A DNA stretch of 64,000 bases from an uncultured virus (IMG/VR IMGVR_UViG_3300027877_000003). Lineage: Duplodnaviria > Heunggongvirae > Uroviricota > Caudoviricetes. The stretch lies in the IMG/VR virus record IMGVR_UViG_3300027877_000003; one strand, given 5' to 3'. Made by a program: the position numbers and the translations under genes. The notes beneath the pieces were generated by a model. The model saw only the letters and a list, made by a program, of their open reading frames with translations, was not told where the DNA came from and did no database searches. Positions 46,013-54,156 of the stretch are shown here, piece by piece (position 1 is the stretch's first letter; each line of letters begins with the position of its first letter).

Positions 46013-47053
46013 ATGGTAGATGTATTAGACATAATCTTTGGCCCAGCGATAGCGGAGGCGGCTTTCTATGATGGAACTCTGGTTTATCTTACTTTAAATG
46101 ATCTCGATAACTCAGCAGCAGCCATACTTTCAGCTCCGGAAGATGGAATTATAACTCATGTTGGGTTCGGTGTATATGCGGTTGTTGGAAATCCTCCAGC
46201 ATATAATGTAGGAGTTGTTACAATCAGCGGGGGGTTTCCAAGTTCAACTCCTTATGGAGGCAGTTCTATAGAATCTGTAGATTATACAACTAGCGGATGG
46301 ACTTGGACTTCTCTAGGAACTCCCGCTACAGCAAATATGGGAGATATATTTGCGGTTAGAATTTGGCCTGGTGCAACTATACCGGACACATCTAATTATA
46401 TAAGAGTATTTGGGGATAATTTAATAAACCTCAACTTTCCAGTATACGCTAGATATGCTACTTCTTGGGCCACACTTCAAGGGCCACCCGCTATAGCATT
46501 TAAATATAATACTGGAAGGATAGTAGGATATCCAATTATATATGGAGGAGGGGAATATATAAATAGTGAATCAACTCCAGATGAGGTTGGATGTAGATTC
46601 TCTGTTCCTATAGATATGAAATGTAGTGGAATAAGAGTTATGATACAAGTAGATTATGGAGCGGATTCTTTTTATCAAGTAGTTCTTTATGATTCCGCAG
46701 ACAACATTTTAGCTTCTTCTACAATCAATTCTATATCTACTTATTCTTTTGGACTGACAGATATTATGCTGGACGCAGAAGTTCAGTTAACTACTGGAAC
46801 TTATTATAGGGCAACAATAAAACCTCTTTCTACAAATCAGATTTTGCCCATGATTGCTGATTTTCCATCATCGACTGAAAGATCTTGTAGCATTCCGGAA
46901 AGTTCCAGATGGTATGAAACGACCAGAACCAATGGCGGATCTTGGACAGATAATACAGCATCTATAGTATGGATGGCTTTAATAATATCAGATATAACTT
47001 CTGGAACAGGCGATACAGGAGCAGGATCTTCGGAATGGGGATACGTAGGATAG
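46013..47053 (+). CDS. Putative tail/receptor-binding protein (tandem beta-sandwich domains)
   Basis: Two similar beta-rich halves (GCRFSVP..VVLYDS..VQLTTGTYY); last gene of the tail module. Confidence 0.45.
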   Translation: MVDVLDIIFGPAIAEAAFYDGTLVYLTLNDLDNSAAAILSAPEDGIITHVGFGVYAVVGNPPAYNVGVVTISGGFPSSTPYGGSSIESVDYTTSGWTWTSLGTPATANMGDIFAVRIWPGATIPDTSNYIRVFGDNLINLNFPVYARYATSWATLQGPPAIAFKYNTGRIVGYPIIYGGGEYINSESTPDEVGCRFSVPIDMKCSGIRVMIQVDYGADSFYQVVLYDSADNILASSTINSISTYSFGLTDIMLDAEVQLTTGTYYRATIKPLSTNQILPMIADFPSSTERSCSIPESSRWYETTRTNGGSWTDNTASIVWMALIISDITSGTGDTGAGSSEWGYVG

Positions 47054-47077
47054 ATTAATTTATTTTGGAGGAACAAT

Positions 47078-47476
47078 ATGATGCCAACTGAAGGACAGAA
47101 AGATATAACAATAGGCCGCTTGGAGGGGAAAATAGATGCTATGAGTTCTCAAGTCAATGAAATTCATAAGGCACTTTATGGTAATGGACAGGCTGGCATC
47201 GAAAATAGACTGACTAGAGCAGAAGAAAAATTTGTACATATTACAGAAGAAAGAGAAAAAACAAGACAAGATCTTGAAAAAATTCTAAAGAGCGTTTCTT
47301 GTTTAAAGGACTTAATAGAAAATCATGTTGAAAATGCAGATATGCATACAGTTAAAGGACTCTTTTTCAGAAAGGAAGTTATTCCTTATGTAATTTTATT
47401 TGTAGTTGCAATTCATTCTTTACTTCCCGAAGGGTTAAATCTTTGGGAACTAATTAAAAGTATTTTTGGATTTTAA
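47078..47476 (+). CDS. Holin-like membrane protein
   Basis: Coiled coil (LYGNGQAGIENRL) plus hydrophobic C-terminus VIPYVILFVVAIHSLL; upstream of the endolysin. Confidence 0.45.
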   Translation: MMPTEGQKDITIGRLEGKIDAMSSQVNEIHKALYGNGQAGIENRLTRAEEKFVHITEEREKTRQDLEKILKSVSCLKDLIENHVENADMHTVKGLFFRKEVIPYVILFVVAIHSLLPEGLNLWELIKSIFGF

Positions 47477-47488
47477 TGGAGGTATATT

Positions 47489-47830
47489 ATGCCAAAGGCT
47501 GTCGAGGATTGTGTTAAAAAGATAAGTGGAGTAAATAAAAGAACAGGTAAGCCTTATACTCAAAGTGAGAAATGGGCAATCTGTCAGGCTGCCCATAAGA
47601 AAAGTAAATCTGCTGTAGATGAAATAGATGATGAATCTATTGCTTTAGCTGAGGAAGAGTTTGATAAGAAAATGTCTGCCTGTCAGGAAAGAATGATGAA
47701 AACAGGTAAAGCTAAAAATTCTAGTGATGCCCGTCAATTGTGTATGAGAGAATTAGCCAAAGCTAATTATAATTTAAATAGATTTGAATATTTTGTAGAC
47801 TTAGATCTGCTTAGAGATTATGATATATAA
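47489..47830 (+). CDS. Hypothetical protein with two Cys-bracketed helical hairpins
   Basis: DCVKK...WAIC and ACQER...RQLC; GGAGG RBS. Confidence 0.6.
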   Translation: MPKAVEDCVKKISGVNKRTGKPYTQSEKWAICQAAHKKSKSAVDEIDDESIALAEEEFDKKMSACQERMMKTGKAKNSSDARQLCMRELAKANYNLNRFEYFVDLDLLRDYDI

Positions 47831-47842
47831 TGAAGGAAAATT

Positions 47843-48898
47843 ATGCACAAAATAAATATTTGGACTGAAGAAAATGGCTATCAAGAACTACTTAGAACCC
47901 AAGAGAATTTAGATTATATAGACAGTCAGGATATTAAACCTGCTGAAGAATCTATAGAAAGAGTTGAGTGCGTTTCTTTAGAAGCTTTACCTCAATATTT
48001 ACCTCAATATTTACTGGGAATAGATATCAGTAAATGGCAGGGAGAAATGAATTGGGAAACAGCTAAACTTCAGGGAGCTAAATTTGCTTTTATCAGAGCG
48101 GGGTTTGCTGGTAGTTCTCCAGGTTGTTATGAAGATTCTCAATTCGCTAGAAATTCAACACAGGCTTTTCTTTATATCCCTGTTGGATTTTACTGGTTCT
48201 TCAGAGGCACTACTGATCCTATAGTTCAAGCTGATTTCTTTTGTAATCTAATTGAAGACAAATTATGGGAGATATATCCAGTAGTAGATATAGAATTACA
48301 AGAGAATCAAACCCCCCACCAGATAAGAATCCAAGCTGAAAAATTCATACAAAGAGTCTTTGAAAGATTAGGAGTAAAGCCTCAAATAGTTTATACCCGA
48401 TCAAGTTTTTGGAATCTTTATGTAGAAGATTCTCCTGTTTGGGAAACCTTAGATCTATGGATAGCCAGATATGATTCAACTATTTCCCATCCTTGGGGAG
48501 ATAATCAATTTGTACCTAGAGATTGGGATGATTGGAAATTTTGGCAGTTTACAAGTAAAGGAGATGGTTTAGCTTTTGGAGCAGAAAGTTTATCTATTGA
48601 TCTAAATTACTTTAATGGATTGGAGGGAGAATTTTATGATTATATAGAACCCACCCCTCCCTCACCTCAACCAGATATAGTAGAAACTAAACAATTAGTA
48701 GTATTAGCTGATGCTTTAAATATTAGAAATAAACCCAATACAACTGGAACTATAAAAGGAATATTATATGCAGGAGATGATCCCTGTGAATTTGAAGAAA
48801 TAATAAATGCCAATGGAGCAACCTGGTCTAGAATAGGCTGGAAACAATATGCCTGTAAAAAAACAAATTCAGGTATAGTCTATATGGATTATACCTAA
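47843..48898 (+). CDS. Endolysin, GH25 muramidase with C-terminal SH3b-like domain
   Basis: GIDISKWQG, FAFIRAG, GFYWF, VVDIE (DxE), LWIARY, WKFWQFT, IDLNYF; Pro linker; ALNIRNKPNT. Confidence 0.9.
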   Translation: MHKINIWTEENGYQELLRTQENLDYIDSQDIKPAEESIERVECVSLEALPQYLPQYLLGIDISKWQGEMNWETAKLQGAKFAFIRAGFAGSSPGCYEDSQFARNSTQAFLYIPVGFYWFFRGTTDPIVQADFFCNLIEDKLWEIYPVVDIELQENQTPHQIRIQAEKFIQRVFERLGVKPQIVYTRSSFWNLYVEDSPVWETLDLWIARYDSTISHPWGDNQFVPRDWDDWKFWQFTSKGDGLAFGAESLSIDLNYFNGLEGEFYDYIEPTPPSPQPDIVETKQLVVLADALNIRNKPNTTGTIKGILYAGDDPCEFEEIINANGATWSRIGWKQYACKKTNSGIVYMDYT

Positions 48899-48942
48899 AA
48901 TATCTGTTCCTCCTCGTAAAAGTAAAACAGATACCAAGAAGG

Positions 48943-48976
48943 AAAAGAGAATAGAGAAAATCTATTCTCTTTTTTT
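48943..48976 (+). terminator. Rho-independent terminator ending the late transcript
   Basis: AAAAGAGAATAGA-gaaaa-TCTATTCTCTTTT followed by more T. Confidence 0.85.
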
Positions 48977-49392
48977 AATTCCCGATCTTGATTCTGAAAA
49001 AAAATTTTTAGAAAAAATTTAAAGTCCTAATTTAATGGAGTAGCTAAGGAGAGAAAAAAGTTTTTATAAATATCTAATATACCGATCTTACTTTTTATTT
49101 TTTTAAATTTTAATTTTTCGATCTTCATTTTTATTTTTAGAGAGTGGGTCTTTAGGGTACACACGCAATCCTGGCTAATAAAAAAATAATCTTTTTTATT
49201 CTAAATATGGGGGGATATTAAAGTAAATTTATTTTTAGTGATATCTAAAATATTATCATTATTATTTAGTCTAATTTAAATCGTTATTTATACATTCGAT
49301 TTTATTTATTTATATTTTATGTTTATTTATTATTGATCTATACTAAAAAATAAATAATATATTTATAATAAATATCATAAGTATTTTTAGAC

Positions 49393-49430
49393 AAAAAAAT
49401 AGCACAGACATTTTTTTGTCTGTGCTATTT
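49393..49430 (-). terminator. Rho-independent terminator of the minus-strand operon
   Basis: AAATAGCACAGACA-N6-TGTCTGTGCTATTT; the A7 run at 49393-99 gives the U-tract on the minus strand; 10 bp after the stop at 49441. Confidence 0.85.
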
Positions 49431-49440
49431 ATTATCTTGT

Positions 49441-49644
49441 TTAATCCTGCATGATTATCCTGATATTATCCTCTTGGGGTAAACTGAACGGATTATGGTG
49501 AAGTATTCGACTGGCTTTTCTTAGTGCAGTATCGAAATTTAACGCCGCATCTAAAATGAATTGATCATTTTCTGATGTAACCAACTCAATAATGAACAAG
49601 TTTTTTGAACAACGTGGATATACGACTATCTTTATGTAAGGCAT
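49441..49644 (-). CDS. Hypothetical protein (67 aa, MPYIKIVVYPR...)
   Basis: GGAGGT RBS 5 nt before ATG at 49644; preferred over the 49731 start. Confidence 0.65.
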   Translation of the reverse strand: MPYIKIVVYPRCSKNLFIIELVTSENDQFILDAALNFDTALRKASRILHHNPFSLPQEDNIRIIMQD

Positions 49645-49646
49645 AA

Positions 49647-49757
49647 TTAACCTCCACTCACCAAATAGAGTAAACCGATTGCAATGAATAAACTTGCAAT
49701 CGTGAAAAACCAGAACAAGACACAACCGCATTGATTGACTTGTTTTTCAACCGCCAT
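49647..49757 (-). CDS. Small membrane protein (36 aa), not in the ORF track
   Basis: AAGGAG RBS then MAVEKQVNQCGCVLFWFFTIASLFIAIGLLYLVSGG*; one hydrophobic helix. Confidence 0.6.
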   Translation of the reverse strand: MAVEKQVNQCGCVLFWFFTIASLFIAIGLLYLVSGG

Positions 49758-49774
49758 TTTTAAACTCCTTATGA

Positions 49775-49812
49775 AGACCATCTCCAACTCAAATTTGAGT
49801 TGGAGATGGTCT
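49775..49812. repeat. Perfect 38-bp palindrome
   Basis: AGACCATCTCCAACTCAAA|TTTGAGTTGGAGATGGTCT, no spacer, no mismatch. Confidence 0.95.
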
Positions 49813-49828
49813 AGCCGGATAACAGGTG

Positions 49829-50206
49829 TTATCCTGTTTTAACCTTACGTTGCCTCTTGATCGGCTGGGTAGGTGCGGAGAAAAAATCACCCTCCACGTT
49901 TAACTTTGGTCGACCCTTACGGCTAACCCCGGTCAAATTGCTTTGGATGACTGTTAACTCCACGTCCGCCTTAAGTAGCGAGACCAGACATTCGAGAGAC
50001 AAATTCACCCTCTTGTTGTTGGTCTCGATTACAACCACTGCATGAGGATATTCGAGTAAGCTTGCCTCAAATTTGGGTAGGTATTGCTTACCGAATTTTT
50101 CACCGCTGGCAGAGACTGGATTTAATGCGGTAAAAATCCGCATAACAAACTTTTCTGTGGTATTTTTGGAGACTTCTTTCGCTCCATTTAAAATTTGAAT
50201 AAACAT
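49829..50206 (-). CDS. Hypothetical protein with basic C-terminus
   Basis: GGAGG RBS before ATG; RKGRPK (AT-hook-like) and KRQRKVK. Confidence 0.7.
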   Translation of the reverse strand: MFIQILNGAKEVSKNTTEKFVMRIFTALNPVSASGEKFGKQYLPKFEASLLEYPHAVVVIETNNKRVNLSLECLVSLLKADVELTVIQSNLTGVSRKGRPKLNVEGDFFSAPTQPIKRQRKVKTG

Positions 50207-50626
50207 TTTTATCCTCCGAATTTATGTGACGGATAAATCTCATAAAAAGTAATCGGTTACCTCAGTCCAATTACACTAGAAGAATTTCGAACGGGGTTAT
50301 TCTATCAGACGATTTAAAAAGGTTTTTCTATCTAATCGCCGTATACTAGTTGTCTAGACGATCTAAAACGGTATACAACACATATTAATGAAGGAAGTTT
50401 ACTCTCAAAGGGTTAAAAATGTTAATAAATTTCTTACAATTATGTGAAAAATAGTACTATTAAGAAGCCGTTTTTTGGTATTTTTACCACCCATCTATAC
50501 GCATAAACTATACGCATAGGGAAAATTCAATTCTGCAAAGTATATTGTAATATTATAGGTATTCTCCCGATACAAAAGTTTAAAAGTGTAGTACTTTTAT
50601 TATAATGATCAACGATTCTTGCATTA

Positions 50627-50704
50627 GTGATAAAATTCACCCAATTCTTAAAATGATCTGATCATTGGTTTGTGATAAAATTCACGGCAATGTTAAAATG
50701 ATCT
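50627..50704. repeat. Two 33-bp direct repeats each containing GTGA-N6-TCAC
   Basis: GTGATAAAATTCAC-N7-TTAAAATGATCT at 50627-50659 and 50672-50704 (45-bp period). Confidence 0.85.
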
Positions 50705-50869
50705 TATTAATCAGATTATTCCAGTACTGGTTATAAAATAGTAATTTTTTAATGGTTTTTTTATAAAATTTTACTTATTTTCTTACCAGAATAATACTTA
50801 AAGAATTGGCATTTTTAATGTCCATTACTGGATTCTCCGTCTATTTTTTAACATTCTACCATAGCCATT

Positions 50870-51165
50870 AAATCAGCCCATTTTTTAGTTTTTTAAAAAA
50901 ATCCAGGTAATTTGAAAAATATCTTAAAGCCAGTAGTAAAAAGGACTTTTTGCATCTCCATAATTTTCAAGAAGAAAGTTAAAAAATAAAAAATTCTGAA
51001 TAATTAATAAGGAATTTATTTAATAAACCTGGCTTCATTAGGGGGATATATCCCGTATATTCTCCCAGTAAAAATCAGCCCATTTTATAAAAAATTGAAA
51101 AAATTGGGGTTTTTATAAGATTATCTTACTTATTAAAGTAAAAGGACTTGTTTCAATCTCCATAA
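50870..51165. repeat. Two degenerate ~94-bp direct repeats
   Basis: AAATCAGCCCATTTT ... ATCTTA ... GTAAAA(A)GGACTT ... ATCTCCATAA at 50870-50963 and 51072-51165 (202-bp period). Confidence 0.75.
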
Positions 51166-51298
51166 ATACCATAAATTAATTTAATTCTAAGTTTTTATAA
51201 TTATTTATTAAATGACCCTCCCTTCTGAGAGTGGACTTCCTTCATTAACATAGGTTATATAGGGACTGGTATCCTTACAATTCGGTAAGATTCTCCTC

Positions 51299-51328
51299 TT
51301 GACAGGTTGACCAGTCTAGAGGTAAAAT
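51299..51328 (+). promoter_or_regulatory. Sigma70/SigA-type early promoter
   Basis: TTGACA (51299-304), N18, TAAAAT (51323-28), 63 bp upstream of ORF 51392. Confidence 0.7.
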
Positions 51329-51391
51329 TGGAGGGTACTAGCCAGGTTTTAAATAAAAAAATAAAATTAAATAATAAATCGGAGATAAAAA

Positions 51392-51976
51392 ATGGACACA
51401 ATTCTTTTTTGGAAAAATAAATTAAATCCTGGAGAAAAATTAGAAATTGATTTTTCTTCAGGGAAAGTTTTTGCAATTTCTTGCAAAAATAAAAAAGAAT
51501 TAATTGGTAATATTTATGCTGGTTTAGAATTATTACCGATTACTTCTCCGGCAGGTTTTCAATCTGAAAATTATTCTGAAGATGATTTAGATCATTTTCA
51601 GAAAAGTCAAAAGAAAAGAAAACAAAAAAGAACTTCTTCTCAAGTTAAATTGGCAGAAAATTCTTTTTTTGGCAATGTTAAAATAAGTAAACTTCGAGAT
51701 CAAGTTAAAAAAGAAGATAAAAATAAAAAGAAAATTATTTCTACTTCTTTTGGGGATAATGATACTCCGCATTTATATAATGCGGATAATATCTACAAAA
51801 ATATATCTTTGACAATTCCTCAGAAATTGGAAAAATTGGGTTGGAAAAGATATAATAATAAATTTGAAAAAGATGGTGTGGTTTTAGAATATAATTTAAA
51901 ATTTGACACAATTACTTTTATTGGTAAAATTCATTACCGTACCCGGCAGAAAATATTAAAACAATTAGATCGATAA
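51392..51976 (+). CDS. Hypothetical Lys-rich early protein
   Basis: GGAG RBS; first gene after the promoter. Confidence 0.65.
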   Translation: MDTILFWKNKLNPGEKLEIDFSSGKVFAISCKNKKELIGNIYAGLELLPITSPAGFQSENYSEDDLDHFQKSQKKRKQKRTSSQVKLAENSFFGNVKISKLRDQVKKEDKNKKKIISTSFGDNDTPHLYNADNIYKNISLTIPQKLEKLGWKRYNNKFEKDGVVLEYNLKFDTITFIGKIHYRTRQKILKQLDR

Positions 51977-52106
51977 TAAAATAAATAAAAAAATAATAAA
52001 AATCATTAGTCTACCTCATTTTTATTGGGGCAGATCAATGATTTTTATGATTTAAATCATAAAAATAATAAAAATCGGAATTCGATATTTCAGGAGAAAA
52101 AATAAA

Positions 52107-52298
52107 ATGTATTTTTTTATTTATTATGCAGATTATATTTCTATAAATAAAAAAATGAAAGAACCATTTTCTCGTCTTTCAGAAGAAGTAATAAAAGCCT
52201 ATAAATTATCTGATATACCAGAAGAAATATTTGATTCTATTAGTGAAGAAGAAATAGAAAAGATTTACTATTTTTTCTTTGATTTAGAGACTCTCTAG
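52107..52298 (+). CDS. Hypothetical protein
   Basis: AGGAGAAAAAATAAAATG start context. Confidence 0.6.
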   Translation: MYFFIYYADYISINKKMKEPFSRLSEEVIKAYKLSDIPEEIFDSISEEEIEKIYYFFFDLETL

Positions 52299-52311
52299 GA
52301 GAAAAAATAAA

Positions 52312-52473
52312 ATGAACTGGAATGAAACAAGTGGAAGAACTTCTTTAATTCCACAACAAAAAGAGGTTGTTGTGGAATATAAGATAAATTGGTTAGCAGT
52401 TTTATTTTATCTGCTTTCCAATATAATCTTTTTGGGTTTAATAGGATGGTTTGTTTTTACGTACATCCTATAA
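52312..52473 (+). CDS. Small membrane protein (53 aa), not in the ORF track
   Basis: Same RBS cassette; MNWNETSG...WLAVLFYLLSNIIFLGLIGWFVFTYIL*. Confidence 0.6.
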   Translation: MNWNETSGRTSLIPQQKEVVVEYKINWLAVLFYLLSNIIFLGLIGWFVFTYIL

Positions 52474-52590
52474 AGAAAAAATTGGAAGGAAACTATTATG
52501 TGATCATAAATTACTGCCAATTAAATCTTAGAAAAGTTAATTGGCAGACATTTGTGATTAAATAAACTTTCAATGAAAGAGGAAAATAAA

Positions 52591-52767
52591 ATGAGAGCAT
52601 TAGCATCTTTTATAATTTCTGGAATAGTAACAACATTAATAATTGTAATTCTATTCATTATTTATCCCACAAAAAATATTCCGTTTTTATGCGGAATGTA
52701 TTGGATAGTGGGAATAATAGTATGGATCTTATCTTTAAGAATTATTAATTCAAGAGATAATGAATAA
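52591..52767 (+). CDS. Small two-helix membrane protein
   Basis: ATG 52591 after GAGGAAAATAAA; two hydrophobic segments. Confidence 0.6.
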   Translation: MRALASFIISGIVTTLIIVILFIIYPTKNIPFLCGMYWIVGIIVWILSLRIINSRDNE

Positions 52768-52867
52768 GGAGGAAAATGAAACTTTATATTATAAGACGGT
52801 CGAGTATCTCCCGTTGAAAAAAGAAATAAATATTTGCCTTAGATAAAAAATGAAAGAGGAAAATAAA

Positions 52868-53194
52868 ATGTGTGAAATGATTGAAAAATTCAATGAAGAT
52901 ACTGTAACAATTTTTGAAGGGTTTAAGAAAGAAGATTATTCAGTAATTTATAAATTGTGGGATTCTGAAGAATCTGAAAAAGCTGGTTCTAAATTTAAAG
53001 TTGGTGATAAAGTATTTTTTCCTGATATGATGGATGTATTTGAAATTAAAGGTATTAACTATATGGGGGATGATGAAATAGTATTAGAAAATGGTGATTT
53101 ACAAAAAGTAAAAATATTTGAATATGCTTTAAGTGGATATAAGTTTTTAGTTTATGAAGATGAATTAGAAATTCCAGTTTCAGGGAGTAACTAA
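52868..53194 (+). CDS. Hypothetical protein (SH3/KOW-like KFKVGDKV)
   Basis: ATG 52868 after GAGGAAAATAAA. Confidence 0.65.
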   Translation: MCEMIEKFNEDTVTIFEGFKKEDYSVIYKLWDSEESEKAGSKFKVGDKVFFPDMMDVFEIKGINYMGDDEIVLENGDLQKVKIFEYALSGYKFLVYEDELEIPVSGSN

Positions 53195-53291
53195 ATATGT
53201 TATCTACAATTTGTTTTTCAGCAGTAATATTGTTTATTGCTGTAATTTGTCTATTAATTATGCAACCAAAAAATGAAAGAGGATAAATAAA

Positions 53292-53453
53292 ATGCACACA
53301 ATAACTATTACTACAAATCAAGGAACAAATATTATAATTAAATTTGCTGAAGTATCATTTATCAACAAAGAAAAAGTAATTTTTTACGTTGATGAAACTC
53401 GGTTTGAAGTTTCATTAACAAATGGTACATCAATTCAAATTGAAAGGGGATAA
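53292..53453 (+). CDS. Hypothetical protein (53 aa), not in the ORF track
   Basis: GAGGATAAATAAAATG; MHTITITTNQG...IQIERG*. Confidence 0.55.
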   Translation: MHTITITTNQGTNIIIKFAEVSFINKEKVIFYVDETRFEVSLTNGTSIQIERG

Positions 53454-53460
53454 ATAAAAA

Positions 53461-53589
53461 ATGCACATTCCAGAATATTATTATTTCTTTATAGGACTAG
53501 CTATAATGCTATGTTTAACATGGATTCTAATTATTTGTTTTGATAAAAGGAAAAAACAAAAGGCAGATAAGAAGAGGAAAATAAAATGA
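53461..53589 (+). CDS. Small membrane protein (42 aa), not in the ORF track
   Basis: MHIPEYYYFFIGLAIMLCLTWILIICF then a basic tail. Confidence 0.5.
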   Translation: MHIPEYYYFFIGLAIMLCLTWILIICFDKRKKQKADKKRKIK

Positions 53590-53762
53590 AAGTAAAAATT
53601 GTAAAAAACCAAAATGGAGATTTATATTTAAAAGTTTGTAAATTGGGTAAGTTTCCTAAATATATTAGAGTTGATTTGTTAGTCCAACCACAAGAATTAA
53701 TTTATCAAACTGATTATAAAAAATTAGCGGAAGAGTATTTGGATGAGGAAAAAACAAAATGA
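53586..53762 (+). CDS. Hypothetical protein (58 aa), not in the ORF track
   Basis: GAGGAAAATAAAATG; ATGA overlaps at both ends. Confidence 0.55.
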   Translation: MKVKIVKNQNGDLYLKVCKLGKFPKYIRVDLLVQPQELIYQTDYKKLAEEYLDEEKTK

Positions 53763-53959
53763 ATACTAAATATAATAATTTCGGAAAGTTATTTAATAAA
53801 ATATTAAATTTTTCAGCTAATTTCTTTTTGGCGTATATTTTTATTACTTGGATAAATACCTTGTTTGATTTTAAAAATATTTTAACTATCCTAGCGATAC
53901 TTATTGGGGGTTCATTAGTATTATCTATTTTCTTTTTTGTTTTGGGAAGGAAAAAATAA
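53759..53959 (+). CDS. Small two-helix membrane protein
   Basis: Two hydrophobic segments, basic C-terminus. Confidence 0.55.
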   Translation: MNTKYNNFGKLFNKILNFSANFFLAYIFITWINTLFDFKNILTILAILIGGSLVLSIFFFVLGRKK

Positions 53960-53960
53960 A

Positions 53961-54152
53961 ATGAACCACTTCTTTGTTATTTATTTTTACTTAGTATCAG
54001 GAACTTTTCTTATTAAGAAATTTGAAACTGAAACGGAAAGGAATAACTTTTATAAGGAACAAAAAGCCAGATTAATTATGGGAGCAAAATATATTGAGTT
54101 AGAAAATCATATAATTAATGTGGCTAATTTAGAGTATATGGAAAAGGGATAA
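53961..54152 (+). CDS. Hypothetical protein
   Basis: ATG 53961 after AAGGAAAAAATAAA. Confidence 0.6.
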   Translation: MNHFFVIYFYLVSGTFLIKKFETETERNNFYKEQKARLIMGAKYIELENHIINVANLEYMEKG

Positions 54153-54156
54153 ATAA

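Noticed and set aside
47986..48014. 12-bp tandem duplication (LPQYLPQY) in the endolysin N-terminal extension
   Set aside because: In-frame, two copies only, upstream of the catalytic domain; most likely neutral slippage.
49645..49731. N-terminal extension of ORF 49441-49731
   Set aside because: A better RBS precedes ATG 49644, and the extension overlaps a separate 36-aa gene with its own RBS.
50207..51391. CRISPR array or tRNA genes in the large intergenic region
   Set aside because: Repeats occur only as pairs with different units and no repeat-spacer series. I could not see a cloverleaf or T-loop; tRNAscan/Infernal would be needed to exclude one fully.
52573..52870. Identical N-terminal MKEENK peptides in two ORFs, suggesting a shared leader peptide
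   Set aside because: This is the translated RBS cassette ATGAAAGAGGAAAATAAA. The real starts are the following ATGs at 52591 and 52868.
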